Shown here one piece after another: positions 19,464 to 30,002 of a stretch of 64,000 nucleotides of DNA. Made by a program: the position numbers and the translations under genes. Under the pieces are notes generated by a model, which saw nothing but the letters and a program-made list of their open reading frames with translations, did not search any database and was not told the DNA's origin. Each line of letters opens with the position of its first letter. Within the stretch, counting starts at the first letter, position 1. The DNA lies in IMG/VR virus record IMGVR_UViG_3300044833_000114, positions 29,932 to 93,931 of that record, one strand, 5' to 3'. Origin of the DNA: a virus.

Positions 19464-19826
19464 TTATTTGTTCTCCCAATCCCAAAACCCTTGATGCCCT
19501 CTGGCCGGGACAGGCTCCTTAAACTTCTGGATGCGCTCGAAGAAGTAGCCCCACCGCCCGGGTGCGTAGTCGCCATAAGGGTCCGGAGCGACGAACCGGT
19601 CGGGAAATTGGAGGAGTCCACTCTTGAAAGCCGTACCGAGCACGGCACCTGTTGGAATCGTGTCGGGGTTGTAGCCGAAGCGAATGCAAGCTTCGTGATC
19701 GACGTGCAGACCGGCATGAATAGCGACGGGGCCGACGTGATGCCAGGGACGCGGCCGTGTCTCTATGGGCTTTCGTCCGTCGACGATCAAACTAGCCCAG
19801 GGTTGCCACAGCGTGAGTGCTTTCAT
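19464..19826 (-). CDS. ASCH domain protein
   Basis: 'KALTLWQPWASLIV.G.K.IETR...IHAG...PARGHQGFW' signature. Confidence 0.9.
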   Translation of the reverse strand: MKALTLWQPWASLIVDGRKPIETRPRPWHHVGPVAIHAGLHVDHEACIRFGYNPDTIPTGAVLGTAFKSGLLQFPDRFVAPDPYGDYAPGRWGYFFERIQKFKEPVPARGHQGFWDWENK

Positions 19827-20052
19827 CTTCCCTCCGCTCTATTTCGTTCGAACTCTGCTTGCTCATCCCAAAACTTGTCTCCGCAATCGCACGGCACATA
19901 CTTTAAATGTTCAATACCGTCGCAGCATGGGCAGTTGGGAATCGGCCACCGGGCGGCTTTCGGGTCTCCCTTGGCACCGCACTCGCAGTCGGCGGGGTTG
20001 CCGGTCGGCGGAGTGAAGTGGCTGTAAACTATTTTCTTATGCGACATTAGCT

Positions 20053-20517
20053 TTATCTCCCTCCTTCGAATACGTTCGGATCTTTGAAGTGGCCGTCGAC
20101 GACCGAGACGAACTCGAAGACGCCGTGCGGGTCGTTGCTGCCCTCGAAGCTGATCATCTCCACCTGGCTCAGGTAGTTCGTCGGGCAGGTGTGCTCGTCG
20201 TAGAAGTACCGCTGGTGTTCGACGTACTTTTCCTTCGAGTCCTTCTGGCTGTGTGCGTACTTCCACGCATTCAGCGTCAAGATGATCGGCGGTTTCGTTC
20301 TAGACTTGAGCGTGACCGTCACCGGAGTCTCGACCTCACCGGTTGGGGTAAGCTTGAACATCCGCTCGCCGACTCGAGTCACGTTGAAATAATTGTGGCA
20401 CTCGGGGCACGCCCAGGATCCGACCTTCTGACCAACCTTGATATGGCTGACAGCGAAGTCATGTTTCTTGCACGACGGGCAGGTCACGAATAGTTTTTCT
20501 TTAGCTCGTACGATCAT
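20053..20517 (-). CDS. Zn-ribbon hypothetical protein
   Basis: CPSC and CPEC motifs; GAGGAG RBS. Confidence 0.55.
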   Translation of the reverse strand: MIVRAKEKLFVTCPSCKKHDFAVSHIKVGQKVGSWACPECHNYFNVTRVGERMFKLTPTGEVETPVTVTLKSRTKPPIILTLNAWKYAHSQKDSKEKYVEHQRYFYDEHTCPTNYLSQVEMISFEGSNDPHGVFEFVSVVDGHFKDPNVFEGGR

Positions 20518-20798
20518 TGTTTCTCCTCGGATACCGAATGTCGTCATCTCCCATGCTCTTACCGGTGCCGTCGGGCTTAACCCATCCGCGCCCGTCCCGA
20601 TAGTCGATCTTCCCTGCGTAGACGTCTTCCTCTTGCTGCGGAGTCATCCGCATGCCTGGGCAGTCCGTTGGCAGTGACCCTTCGGCGCCGCCGCAGACGC
20701 TGCACAGAAAAAGATTGCAGAGGTTGCAACCGTACGGCTCACCGCATCTTCCGTTGCACCTTGCTCGTGTGTGTTCCATAACCTCTCCCAAAAATTTA

Positions 20799-20850
20799 GA
20801 GAGGCGCGTCTAACATAGATTGCGGGGTGCCCGCCCCACACGCGCCTCTC
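20799..20850 (-). terminator. Branched hairpin / possible terminator after the helicase
   Basis: 11-bp stem GAGAGGCGCGT/ACGCGCCTCTC with two inner stems, followed by TAAATTTTT on the minus strand. Confidence 0.45.
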
Positions 20851-20878
20851 CTACTGCTTGGGCTGGACTGAGTGTAAA

Positions 20879-22981
20879 TCATTGATCACTGGACTTCACT
20901 CCATAGACCCCGGCCCCAAACAAAACTTCTTGCGGCAGTTGTCGATGATAGAGTCGAATCATCTTCTGACCGATCTTGAACATCTTGTCGGACAGTGACG
21001 TCTTCCCTGCTAGAATCTTTCCAAAGTTCGTGTCTCGTTTGTTGAAGCCGCACCCATCTTGATCTTGGGCTCCGTCGCACGAGGCTGCCAGCATGCGCAG
21101 CCCGCGGAGGACGGCTTGCTCTTGCTCGTCGGTGAAGGTTCGCGTTGCTGCCACAATGTCTTGCACCGTCTCTGGTCTAATGGGGTCGGTGAACGATTCG
21201 GGAAGAGAACCGAACTCGGGCTCGACGCGCATCTTCTCCAGCTCTTCCCGTGTGACGAAGCGACGCGGGATCGTGCCCGGGATGTGCGTGGGTGGTGGCG
21301 TCGGGATAATATCGACGACCCTGAACTCCGGCGCCTTGATCTCCGCCGGCAGCGTGTCTAAGGCCTTGTCGATTACTTCTTGCTTGTCGATGATGATCTG
21401 GGCCATGCGTTCATCGAGCGAACCCTCGAGCACCAGGTGGCGTACGAAGACGGTGTCGGTCTGGCCTATTCTGTGGCAGCGATCTTCGGCTTGACTAACG
21501 TTACCCGGGACCCAGTCGAGCTCACCGAATATGACGGTAGACGAAGCAGTGAGCGTAATGCCAACGCCCGCTGCGCGTATAGTTCCAATAAATACTTTGC
21601 AAGTTGGGTCCGACTGAAATCTGTCAACAGCCGCTTGCCTGTCTTCGTTCTTGCTGCGACCGTCAATATGAACAGCGGAATTCCCAAAGGCAGAAACAAG
21701 AGCATCCACGACCTCGTAGTGATGCACGAAGATGCAAACTTTTTCCAGCTCCTCAAGCGCGCTTTCAACGTGCTCCACGATGAAGGGGATCTTAGCGACG
21801 GCCACTTCCTTTCGTACCTGAGATAGCTGCGCGAAAGCTGGTGTTTCAAAATCCCCGTCAGCAATAGAATCTTTGTACTCCTCATACGTTTGCTTTTCCT
21901 TTTCGAGAATGTCTTCGAGGCCTTTGGACTCGAGCACCAGGACCTGACGGCGCTTCGGTGGAAGCTCTTTCAGCACATCCCTCTTGAGACGACGAACCAT
22001 GAACAAGGAACGCATACGCTCCTGCAGGTCATCCAGGTTGGAGGCGCCGCTGAAGTCCCACCCGAACTTGTGCTTGAATGCACCGCAGTACTTCTTGGCG
22101 TAAGCGAAGAAGTCTTTCTCGAAGCCCGGTGCGAGTGCCGAGATGATCGGCCAAAGTTCCTTTGGGCGGTTTACGATCGGCGTACCCGTTAGGAAGATTC
22201 GCCGCTGGGCTTTGATAGGTGTGATCTCCGGCTTCACTCCGATGACGTTGCCTTCCTCGTCTTTTATTTTTGATTCCTTGCGCCCGAAGATCTCCTGAGC
22301 TCGAGCCGTCTTGGGGTTCTTAACCATATGAGCTTCGTCGACGATCAGAACGTGCCATTCGGTCTTGCGGATGTCTTCCTGCCACTTGTGCAGCAACTCG
22401 TAGTTGAGAACCACGACGTCAGACGTGGGGAATTTCTTGGTGGTGGGCTTCACGATTTCGACCGACAAGTTCTTCGTGTCCCACTTCGTGAACTCGCGTC
22501 GCCAGTTCAGCTTGAGCGACGCGGGGCAGATGACGAGGACCGACCGCGCGTGGGGGTCGGCGTTGACAGTGCCGATGGCTTGGATTGTTTTTCCCAATCC
22601 CATCTCGTCACCGAAAAGAGTGTCTTTATGCTGAGTAGCATATGCAATTCCTCCCCGTTGGTAGGGGAGATAATCAAGGCTGGGTGGATGGGGAATTTCG
22701 ATTGCCGCATCGACTGACCTTGATGCCGCGATGGCTGCGAGACGACCTGCTTCAAACTCTTCAAACTTGGCTTTAGCTTCGGGAGAGATAGTCGGAGCAA
22801 GTGGGCGAAGTCCGGCGAGGCGCTGCGTGGCTGGGGTGCAGTACCACCGTTGTTGGTCCTTTGGTTTCTCCCAGTCGAATTTGAATCCGAATTGCTTGAG
22901 CGTTTCTTTGTGGTCATAGGTATCCCGCGTCCCTGGCGCATCTTCGACTTCGAAGCGATCGTTTTGCCACACGATTCTCAT
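20879..22981 (-). CDS. SNF2-family helicase (SMARCAL1/HARP-like annealing helicase)
   Basis: DEMGLGKT, DEAH, LTGTP, RRLKRDVL.ELP and QAEDRCHRIGQ motifs. Confidence 0.92.
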   Translation of the reverse strand: MRIVWQNDRFEVEDAPGTRDTYDHKETLKQFGFKFDWEKPKDQQRWYCTPATQRLAGLRPLAPTISPEAKAKFEEFEAGRLAAIAASRSVDAAIEIPHPPSLDYLPYQRGGIAYATQHKDTLFGDEMGLGKTIQAIGTVNADPHARSVLVICPASLKLNWRREFTKWDTKNLSVEIVKPTTKKFPTSDVVVLNYELLHKWQEDIRKTEWHVLIVDEAHMVKNPKTARAQEIFGRKESKIKDEEGNVIGVKPEITPIKAQRRIFLTGTPIVNRPKELWPIISALAPGFEKDFFAYAKKYCGAFKHKFGWDFSGASNLDDLQERMRSLFMVRRLKRDVLKELPPKRRQVLVLESKGLEDILEKEKQTYEEYKDSIADGDFETPAFAQLSQVRKEVAVAKIPFIVEHVESALEELEKVCIFVHHYEVVDALVSAFGNSAVHIDGRSKNEDRQAAVDRFQSDPTCKVFIGTIRAAGVGITLTASSTVIFGELDWVPGNVSQAEDRCHRIGQTDTVFVRHLVLEGSLDERMAQIIIDKQEVIDKALDTLPAEIKAPEFRVVDIIPTPPPTHIPGTIPRRFVTREELEKMRVEPEFGSLPESFTDPIRPETVQDIVAATRTFTDEQEQAVLRGLRMLAASCDGAQDQDGCGFNKRDTNFGKILAGKTSLSDKMFKIGQKMIRLYHRQLPQEVLFGAGVYGVKSSDQ

Positions 22982-22987
22982 TTGATT

Positions 22988-23016
22988 AGTATACCTCCTT
23001 TATGACGTAATGTCAA
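22988..23016 (-). promoter_or_regulatory. Near-consensus sigma70 promoter giving a leaderless helicase mRNA
   Basis: TTGACA-N17-TATACT; the ATG begins 7 nt after the -10. Confidence 0.7.
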
Positions 23017-23246
23017 ACGTTATCTTCGAACGTGTCGAGATCCATGACAAACGTTTCCCAGGCCTTCGTTTGGTAGATGATTGAAGACGTTGATTGTTCG
23101 TCGTCCCAAATAATTGTAGCGCCACCGGCAACGTGATCGCCGATGGTTCCGTAACTGTAGCCTTCATCTTCGGGCTGCATATTGAGTCGAACGCGCGCGC
23201 CCTTGGGGAGTTCTACCAGTTGCTCTAGCGTCAAGATTTGTACCAA
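23013..23246 (-). CDS. Hypothetical protein
   Basis: Small ORF in the minus-strand operon. Confidence 0.45.
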   Translation of the reverse strand: MVQILTLEQLVELPKGARVRLNMQPEDEGYSYGTIGDHVAGGATIIWDDEQSTSSIIYQTKAWETFVMDLDTFEDNV

Positions 23247-23487
23247 TACTCATAAACTCCGCCGCCACGACCTCCAGCAGCCATATCTGCGTAGACTTTA
23301 AACCTCCAACGCTGTCCGCACCGGGCGCACCTCACTCGGTGCCAATCGCCGTCCCAGTTTTCAAAGCGGGGCGTGAAACCTGGGCAGCGAAACAGACGGT
23401 GGAAAAATAAGAGCACCTTCTTCAATGTTTCTCCTTTGAAACACCGGGGGACAGGAAGGGGAGAGATCTACTCCCCTTCAAAATATT

Positions 23488-23724
23488 TTAAGAACGGGCT
23501 CCGCGGCGAATACAAATACAGTCATTGCAGAGAAAACCGTCTTCGGCGACTTTTCGTCCACATCCGTCTGCGCAAAATGCCTTGTACTGCGCTTCTCTGA
23601 CTTCACGCTGCATCGTGGTGCGGACTAACTTGGCTTCGCGCAGTGTGCTGTAAACATCGACCAGCTTTCCGTCCGGGTAAAGAACTTCGTAGCCCCAAGT
23701 TTCGCGCTTTTTGATGGTGAACAT
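23488..23724 (-). CDS. Hypothetical protein (C-terminal Cys cluster)
   Basis: CADGC...CNDC motifs. Confidence 0.5.
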   Translation of the reverse strand: MFTIKKRETWGYEVLYPDGKLVDVYSTLREAKLVRTTMQREVREAQYKAFCADGCGRKVAEDGFLCNDCICIRRGARS

Positions 23725-23726
23725 TT

Positions 23727-24062
23727 TTATTGTTTGACGCTCCGTCTTGATATTTCTAGCGGCGGGGGGACTTCACGCCGCGGAGCAAAGGCTCCTGTTT
23801 GTAGAAAATAGTCAGACATTTGTTTAAGTCTTGTGCCGGCCTCCTCGATGTCGCGGCGCCTTTGTTCCTCAGAAATATTTGAACGCGACGTCAGCGCCTG
23901 GAGGAAGGTCTGCATACCGCCGAGCATTACAACCTGATTGACTTTCCTTTTGATCATGATGGATGACAGGGATCTTGCTACTTCTTCGATGGCCTGGGCT
24001 AACTCAGAATCCGAAATATTGCCGTATTCTGAGTCAGCCAACAACGTGCTGGGATCGTTCAT
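23727..24062 (-). CDS. Hypothetical protein
   Basis: Helical ORF in the operon. Confidence 0.5.
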   Translation of the reverse strand: MNDPSTLLADSEYGNISDSELAQAIEEVARSLSSIMIKRKVNQVVMLGGMQTFLQALTSRSNISEEQRRRDIEEAGTRLKQMSDYFLQTGAFAPRREVPPPLEISRRSVKQ

Positions 24063-24092
24063 TTAGGGCCCGGGCGCGGGACTTACTCCTTT

Positions 24093-24494
24093 TTACTTCC
24101 TTTCGTGCATAGCCGCAGTTTCGTGATCGACTACGAAGAAGCGACGCGCATCCTTTCCACCCGGGGACAGCAAAGTATATTTCTTGTCGTACCCGTGCAG
24201 TTTGAACTGGTATCTAATTCGAGCCACAAACCTCTTGGGTGGCATCTCCTTGCCGTCAGGACCTACGAGTTTCTCAGGAATTGCAATCTCCAAAGCTTCG
24301 GATGGAGCTAACCCACCCTCCATTCCTTTCACGATATCGAGCCAGACCGGCATCGCCAAAAGAGCCGCTGGGGTTCCATGTCCTCTCCCCGTCGGTGGTA
24401 GCGCCGAACGGGAAATCTTGCGAACCGTGGGGCCGTCGATACTTGCGGTGTGAATAGTCTTATCTTCCTTCTTACGCATCGTGTGTTTCACCAT
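24093..24494 (-). CDS. Hypothetical basic (possibly DNA-binding) protein
   Basis: AGGA RBS; first gene after the promoter at 24534-24563. Confidence 0.5.
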   Translation of the reverse strand: MVKHTMRKKEDKTIHTASIDGPTVRKISRSALPPTGRGHGTPAALLAMPVWLDIVKGMEGGLAPSEALEIAIPEKLVGPDGKEMPPKRFVARIRYQFKLHGYDKKYTLLSPGGKDARRFFVVDHETAAMHERK

Positions 24495-24533
24495 CTTTCC
24501 TGTTCTCGTCTTATCGTCGAGAACATTTGTGCC

Positions 24534-24563
24534 ATCCTACGCCTCCCGTCTTCCGTATGTCAA
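24534..24563 (-). promoter_or_regulatory. Sigma70-type promoter
   Basis: TTGACA-N18-TAGGAT. Confidence 0.5.
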
Positions 24564-24811
24564 GCGACCGTTGTGACGGTATTAGCACCTCCATTGGCAC
24601 AACCCCAACATGCGGGTTTGAATGCTCCGTCTTTGTCCTTCAGTGCATAACCCGGATATTCCCCTTCGCAGAAGAAACACTTATCGTCATTCGCTGCGGC
24701 CCACGCCGCTCCTTCTGACTTCGTATCTGACATCGATTCTCCGTTTCATTGATCATGTGCTCTAGATACAGTGTGCTCGCGATATACATTTGGTTCAACG
24801 TTACTGTCGTA

Positions 24812-25021
24812 CTAGTGTGCTTGGTACTTCCGGCTACGCAGCACCTCAACGCGTTCAATCTTCCACATCGACCGGCCACGGTCTGGAAAGGCTCCGTGCC
24901 ATAGTTCTTGCAGAGCACGTTCGCGGGCCTGTTCCTCGTCCTCCGCAAACACGTCAACTTTACCGTCGTACTGCTCGTAAAATCCTGGCGTCGAACGAAT
25001 CCACACGCGATATTTGTTCAT
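24812..25021 (-). CDS. Hypothetical protein (MNKYRVWIRS...)
   Basis: GAGGAG RBS; ATGA overlap. Confidence 0.55.
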   Translation of the reverse strand: MNKYRVWIRSTPGFYEQYDGKVDVFAEDEEQARERALQELWHGAFPDRGRSMWKIERVEVLRSRKYQAH

Positions 25022-25293
25022 CCGAGCTCCTCTTCTTTGAGCAGTTCGTCGACCCGAGCTTTCAACCATTTGTCGAAACCAACTTGGTCGTACAGGCGTG
25101 AATGGCGACCATCAAAGAAGAAAAGTTCCGGCCTCTCCTTCTCGGCTTCGTTGATCCGACGTCTCATCCAAAGAATGAAGCCGCACATTTTGCCGCCGGG
25201 ATACGCCTCCTCGTCACGGAGCAGAATGTCTTCCGGCTGCTCTCCGTGCGCCTTGGCGTAGAGCACATACCTAGGATTGAAGTCTGTTGCCAC
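25018..25293 (-). CDS. Hypothetical protein
   Basis: AGGAGG RBS; GTG start. Confidence 0.55.
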   Translation of the reverse strand: MATDFNPRYVLYAKAHGEQPEDILLRDEEAYPGGKMCGFILWMRRRINEAEKERPELFFFDGRHSRLYDQVGFDKWLKARVDELLKEEELG

Positions 25294-25401
25294 TGTCGAC
25301 CTCCTGGAGAATCTCTGCCATCATCTGCAGCTCGCAGTCCGTGCAGTACTGCACTTCGTCTTTGTCCAGTTCGCAGTCGCACATCCAGCATTTGTTTTCC
25401 A

Positions 25402-25605
25402 CTAGTCTCTCCTCGCGTTCGGGTCTTGTGAAAGATTCGCCAATGCTTCTCGGATATAGTACAGGGCATCGTGCTCTGCGTCGTTTGAGTCTCCGTCGAG
25501 AGCGATGTCTGCCACATCGATCAAATGGTTCAGCTTCGTCAAAGTCAAAATCACTTTCTCGCCGGGTCTAGGTTCCCTTCCGAATTGATACTGACTCTTC
25601 GCCAT
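25402..25605 (-). CDS. Hypothetical protein
   Basis: GAGGAGG RBS; abuts the upstream gene. Confidence 0.55.
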   Translation of the reverse strand: MAKSQYQFGREPRPGEKVILTLTKLNHLIDVADIALDGDSNDAEHDALYYIREALANLSQDPNARRD

Positions 25606-25860
25606 CTACCCCTCCTCTGGTTCGTCGAACGGATCATCGTTACGATGTCCGTGTGCAGCGATGTTCGAAAGTTCCGTGGCCAGGTGGATGCGGACATGCT
25701 CTTCGAAAACATCAGACACAAACTCAGGAAGATTCTTGGCCTTTAGTCCGCGCTTCCCCACCGGAAACTCCCTCAAGACTTCTTCGGCGGCGGTGAGTGC
25801 CTTGTCTAGCACCTCAAGCTGATCGTCGTTCAAACTTAGAAACAAACCCTCTTTGCTCAT
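25606..25860 (-). CDS. Hypothetical protein
   Basis: GAGGAGG RBS. Confidence 0.55.
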   Translation of the reverse strand: MSKEGLFLSLNDDQLEVLDKALTAAEEVLREFPVGKRGLKAKNLPEFVSDVFEEHVRIHLATELSNIAAHGHRNDDPFDEPEEG

Positions 25861-26034
25861 CTATTCCTCCTCGCTCAAAGACTCAATCAAGTCGTCTATC
25901 GCGTCGTCGATGCCGCGCAGTTCTCTGTCACAATCAGTTTTCAGGACGGCTGCGTGGATGGCTTTATCCACAGCAACCTGCGCGACTTTGAGATTCCGAA
26001 GTACTTCCTTGGTGCTGTTCGTCATCGATCCTCC

Positions 26035-26400
26035 TTAAATTGGAAAGCAGAGTGCGCCGCAGGACGGGCACTCAACATCGGTGTAGACATCGCCCGGGGC
26101 TATTCGTTCCGACAAATCTTTTGCCGGGTTGAGTTGATTTTCGTAGAACTCGGTTTCGCAGTCTTGGCAGGCGTATAGCTTGCCTTCACCTTCCGGCAGC
26201 TTGATGAAGTCTCCGACGTGACCGGTCCATCGGCACTTGCAGGCCGCACCGGATTGTTCGTTCCACTCGTGATCTCCGTCCTCGACAACTGACCCTTCTG
26301 TCGTTAAGCCCACTTGCACATATGCCATGACGCTCAGCCGATCACCGCGCTTACAATTCGGGCACAGATAGTTGAAGTCGTTTCCAAGATGTTCGCTCAT
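26035..26400 (-). CDS. Multi-CxxC Zn-binding hypothetical protein
   Basis: CPNC, CKC, CQDC and CPSC motifs. Confidence 0.55.
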   Translation of the reverse strand: MSEHLGNDFNYLCPNCKRGDRLSVMAYVQVGLTTEGSVVEDGDHEWNEQSGAACKCRWTGHVGDFIKLPEGEGKLYACQDCETEFYENQLNPAKDLSERIAPGDVYTDVECPSCGALCFPI

Positions 26401-27259
26401 CAGTCTCTCGCCTCCTCGATGATTACGTTGTCCGCATTTGCGACCCACATGAGCAACTGCTCAGCCTCGTTGGCTTGTTCTAGGAACTGCTCGGAAAGGC
26501 TGCGGATTACTTTGTTTGACTTCGGTTCCAGTTCTCGAACGTTCTCTCTGAACTTGTCTCGCGCGATCTCCAGCGACAACTGCAAGAGACTTCGCTGGTC
26601 TTCTGTAAGTGCTACGCTGACGCTCATATTCCTACCTCCGCTCCCTGAGTCGCTTCCGCTTGTCGCATGTACATGTTCGTTGCGATTACGTCTCCGTCGC
26701 GCAGCCCTTCCGTTGCCAACGTCACCGACCAAAAATAGAGACTGTCGGTGTTGCCGCCTTCGGCGACAATGCGCAGCAGCTCCGCGGCCTTCTTGATCAC
26801 ATCCTGACTCGTGTAGGTCTTCATCGGATCTGCACTCCTCTCATTTTGGTGTGGTCTTCGTCTTCAAATTCGAAGTAGTCGATGTAGTAGCTTTTCTTTG
26901 GGTTATCGAAGTCGTACTTGTAGGTGTACATAGGGTGCTCTTTGACTTCGGTCGCAGGCACCGGGCCGTAGTCGCTGTCTGCGCGGAACACCGGCAGGCC
27001 CTGCGCTTCGATGCCTAGCTCCTGCAGATGGCGAACAAGTTCACCGACCGTTATTGGTTTTCCGCCTAAGCTCATGCTGCCACCAGCTTTCCGTCGACGA
27101 TCTCGAACAGCCGCATCGTTCTTGGATCTCCCGGCACCGTTCGTGCGTTGACGTAGACTTTGCCGTTCTCGCACCAGGGGTAGGAGACAAGCTCCTTCCC
27201 CTGAACCATCGCGAACGGTTTCATTCCTTGTGCCACGAGTCGCTCACGCATGCTTAGGC

Positions 27260-28000
27260 TCACGCTGCCACCTCCATGATTTGAATTAACTGCGGTTGCT
27301 GCACCAGGTGCGTCGTCGGCTGCACGAAGCCGGAGCAGTCTTTCCTTGCGCGTCCCTTTGCGCGCAGACCGATGATGCGGCTGTGTGGGTCCGTCTTGAA
27401 ACGAAGGTCGTGCAAGTCTCCGTCGTAGACTTTGTACCCTTGCCACGTCTTCGGAAGCTGATGTCCTCGCTTGACGCCAAACACTACTGCAACGTTGACT
27501 CCGTGCATTAGTGCGTCCATAGCGTCGTCGATGTTCGTCTCTGATAGTGAGAACGTCAAATGGTAGTTAGGCAATGTCCGTTCCCATGGTCGCGGGTGTT
27601 TTGTGTAGTCGTAAAGCTGAACGTGTGGAAACATCGGCGCAATAGTGTGAGCTAAGTACGGAAGATCAGACGTTCCGTTGAGTCGCACGCAAGGCTTTAG
27701 GCCGTCACGTTTCGCCTTACGGACGAGTGCTTCAATCTCCGAACACAATTGTAGCACGAACGCCGAACGATCTTGAATCAAAAACTTCGTCTTCCGAATG
27801 CGCGCTCGGTTGATCATCGGAAACGCAGCCGCCCTGCCTGCAGTGAACAGGCAAGCCGCCTTGCATCCCGCTGACGCCGAAGCACATGTGTTGGTGACGC
27901 CGGACGAATCAGCTGGAGCGAGATAAAGGATCCCTGTTAGATAACCCTTCTTCTCACCCTTGATCGTCTTGGCGTCGTGGCTTACGGATAGTAGTTTCAT
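27260..28000 (-). CDS. GP88-like protein (radical-SAM-like Cys motif)
   Basis: 'LYLAPA...CASASAGCKAACL..AGR...RLNGTSD...YDYTK...DGD.HD.RF...GLRAKG.A'. Confidence 0.7.
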   Translation of the reverse strand: MKLLSVSHDAKTIKGEKKGYLTGILYLAPADSSGVTNTCASASAGCKAACLFTAGRAAAFPMINRARIRKTKFLIQDRSAFVLQLCSEIEALVRKAKRDGLKPCVRLNGTSDLPYLAHTIAPMFPHVQLYDYTKHPRPWERTLPNYHLTFSLSETNIDDAMDALMHGVNVAVVFGVKRGHQLPKTWQGYKVYDGDLHDLRFKTDPHSRIIGLRAKGRARKDCSGFVQPTTHLVQQPQLIQIMEVAA

Positions 28001-28317
28001 GATTGTCCTTGATCCTGGCCCTCCGCTTTGAAGATGGCCTTATTCGCAGCAGCATCGGCAACCATCAACGAGAAGTGTTTCCTAACGTCCAGTTTTACGA
28101 CGCCGCGAAGTTCCCGTCGCAGGTCGCGGAGTGCATCCAACATCTCCGGCGCCGCTGCGATGAGACGTGCGTTGGACATCACTTCGGTGCCCGTCTGTCC
28201 GTTGGATGAGATTTCGGCTATCACTGCCTCACTTCCCGGCGCAATGACTAGACCGTTTGGCGATTCCTCCGAGACTTCAACAGTCCACGGTCCCGGAGTA
28301 AATTTCACTTCAGTCAT
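27997..28317 (-). CDS. Conserved phage hypothetical protein (TPGPW...NARLIAAAPE family)
   Basis: Common phage early-gene motif. Confidence 0.65.
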   Translation of the reverse strand: MTEVKFTPGPWTVEVSEESPNGLVIAPGSEAVIAEISSNGQTGTEVMSNARLIAAAPEMLDALRDLRRELRGVVKLDVRKHFSLMVADAAANKAIFKAEGQDQGQS

Positions 28318-28403
28318 GTTTTCTCCTTTTCTTGGGGCACACAAGTGCATCCCGCACCACGGCCTTGTTAATTAACAGGGCCGTGGTATGTGAGGCGCTT
28401 TGC

Positions 28404-28598
28404 TTACTCTTTTTCTTGTACGGGTGTGACGACTGCGATCAGTCCGGGTCGGCGCATCTCCCCGAACTTTCTAGCTGCAGCCTGGTCCATTGCGCGGATG
28501 ATGGTGTAGGTTTGTCCGTCCTTCTCGTCTCGCACTAGGTTCTCGGGGCGCACGCTGCCCCGATACCACTCGATGCGGTACCGCCGGCGGTCAGACAT
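28404..28598 (-). CDS. Hypothetical protein
   Basis: Ends at a structured element. Confidence 0.5.
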   Translation of the reverse strand: MSDRRRYRIEWYRGSVRPENLVRDEKDGQTYTIIRAMDQAAARKFGEMRRPGLIAVVTPVQEKE

Positions 28599-28851
28599 TT
28601 CGCTCATCTTGTTCGTAGGCGAGCTGGTCCAGATAATCCTCTGAACCTTTCAGCGTGTGTTTCTTCACGTTGTTCAAGACTTCCTCCAGCTCCTCGACCG
28701 AGATGACGTTGGCCGCGATGCAGTATTCGCGCAAGTCGAGAATACGCACCTCGGCTGTCTCTGCGTTCTTGGCGAACACGGTATCATGAAACCACTGCTG
28801 CTCGTCGTTGTCGTAGCTGATGACCAAGTAGCGGTTCAGTTTTTTAGGCAT
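28591..28851 (-). CDS. Hypothetical protein
   Basis: GGAG RBS. Confidence 0.55.
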   Translation of the reverse strand: MPKKLNRYLVISYDNDEQQWFHDTVFAKNAETAEVRILDLREYCIAANVISVEELEEVLNNVKKHTLKGSEDYLDQLAYEQDERNV

Positions 28852-29461
28852 TGTGTTCTGCTCCGTATTTCTGCGCGGCTGTTTCGCCTTGCGCGGTTAG
28901 CTTTGCTATGTGTGCTGCTTCGCTCTTCGCGGCTGCTGTGGCTTCTTCCCTGCAGTACTTGATATCGCCGATGAAACCCCAGCACGAATCCAGGTGCGAG
29001 TCTTCTGGGCTCTCGATGATGTAGCCGTAGACTTCGCCGGTGAGATAGCTGTCGTACTCGGATACCTCAGCCACCAGCAAGTCGATCGCTTCCTGACGCC
29101 GCTTCTTGGTGACGTTCTTGCACATCCAGTTCTCACGGATATCTTTCTTCTCCGCGTAGATGAATCCAACCTGACCGCTGTCCCACGGACAAGAGAACGG
29201 GGAAGTACGCATCGTGATGCCGCTGTGGTCGTAGAGATAAAGCGGCAGAGCTACGCCGCCCTCTTTCTCAATGCGCTCCACGAACTCTTTGGCTTCTTCC
29301 ACGCTCATGCTGTGCTTGTCGCCCAGGTCGTAGCGACGGTGAAAGCAAACCATGTGGCCGAAGTTGTCGTGGTCGGTGCGCGGATTGAATGGTTCAGAGT
29401 CCTGCAAGATGCGAACGGTTAGCCCGTCCACCTCGAAGCGCTCTACGTCATCGTTGTGCAT
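28844..29461 (-). CDS. Conserved phage/plasmid hypothetical protein (HRRYDLGD...LYDHSG...WDSGQVG)
   Basis: AAGGAG RBS directly after the element at 29476-29532. Confidence 0.65.
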   Translation of the reverse strand: MHNDDVERFEVDGLTVRILQDSEPFNPRTDHDNFGHMVCFHRRYDLGDKHSMSVEEAKEFVERIEKEGGVALPLYLYDHSGITMRTSPFSCPWDSGQVGFIYAEKKDIRENWMCKNVTKKRRQEAIDLLVAEVSEYDSYLTGEVYGYIIESPEDSHLDSCWGFIGDIKYCREEATAAAKSEAAHIAKLTAQGETAAQKYGAEHNA

Positions 29462-29687
29462 ACGTTCTCCTTTTATTGGGCGAGTGATGCCCGACAGCGC
29501 CACCATCACTGATGGCGCTGGCATGCTCACTCCCTGTCTATGTTGAACCACTGCTCTCCCAGCTCTTCTTTCTGCTCGGTGCTTAAGGCTTCGTTTAAGA
29601 CTTGAAACAAGGTCTCTTCCGGCAGCACGTTAATAACCTGCCGAAGTAAATCTGCGGTTTGCTCTGTTGTCAGCTTTCCGATATCGA

Positions 29688-30002
29688 TCATGCTTCCTCC
29701 CTTTTTGCGTAAGATGGTGCGAAGAACTCGAACAAATCTGCGTCGTGTTCGCGCAGGAATTCCCACTCGCGGTCAGACAAGAGCAAATCATCTGCTGGAG
29801 TTGATTCGAGATTGTCATAATCGAGAAGGTCTATATCGACGCCTCCCTCATTGATTGCTATATTGGCGACACCTCCGTTGATCGTCACAAGCAAATACGG
29901 CTTAAATGCTTGCGCGATCTTCTTGCTTGCCGTCCTGAGTCGTCCGTGCTCCAAAGCGCTCGCGGCACTCCGGAGTAAACGTGCTTGTTCTGCTCTGGTC
30001 AT
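29688..30002 (-). CDS. Hypothetical protein
   Basis: GGAGG RBS. Confidence 0.5.
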   Translation of the reverse strand: MTRAEQARLLRSAASALEHGRLRTASKKIAQAFKPYLLVTINGGVANIAINEGGVDIDLLDYDNLESTPADDLLLSDREWEFLREHDADLFEFFAPSYAKREEA

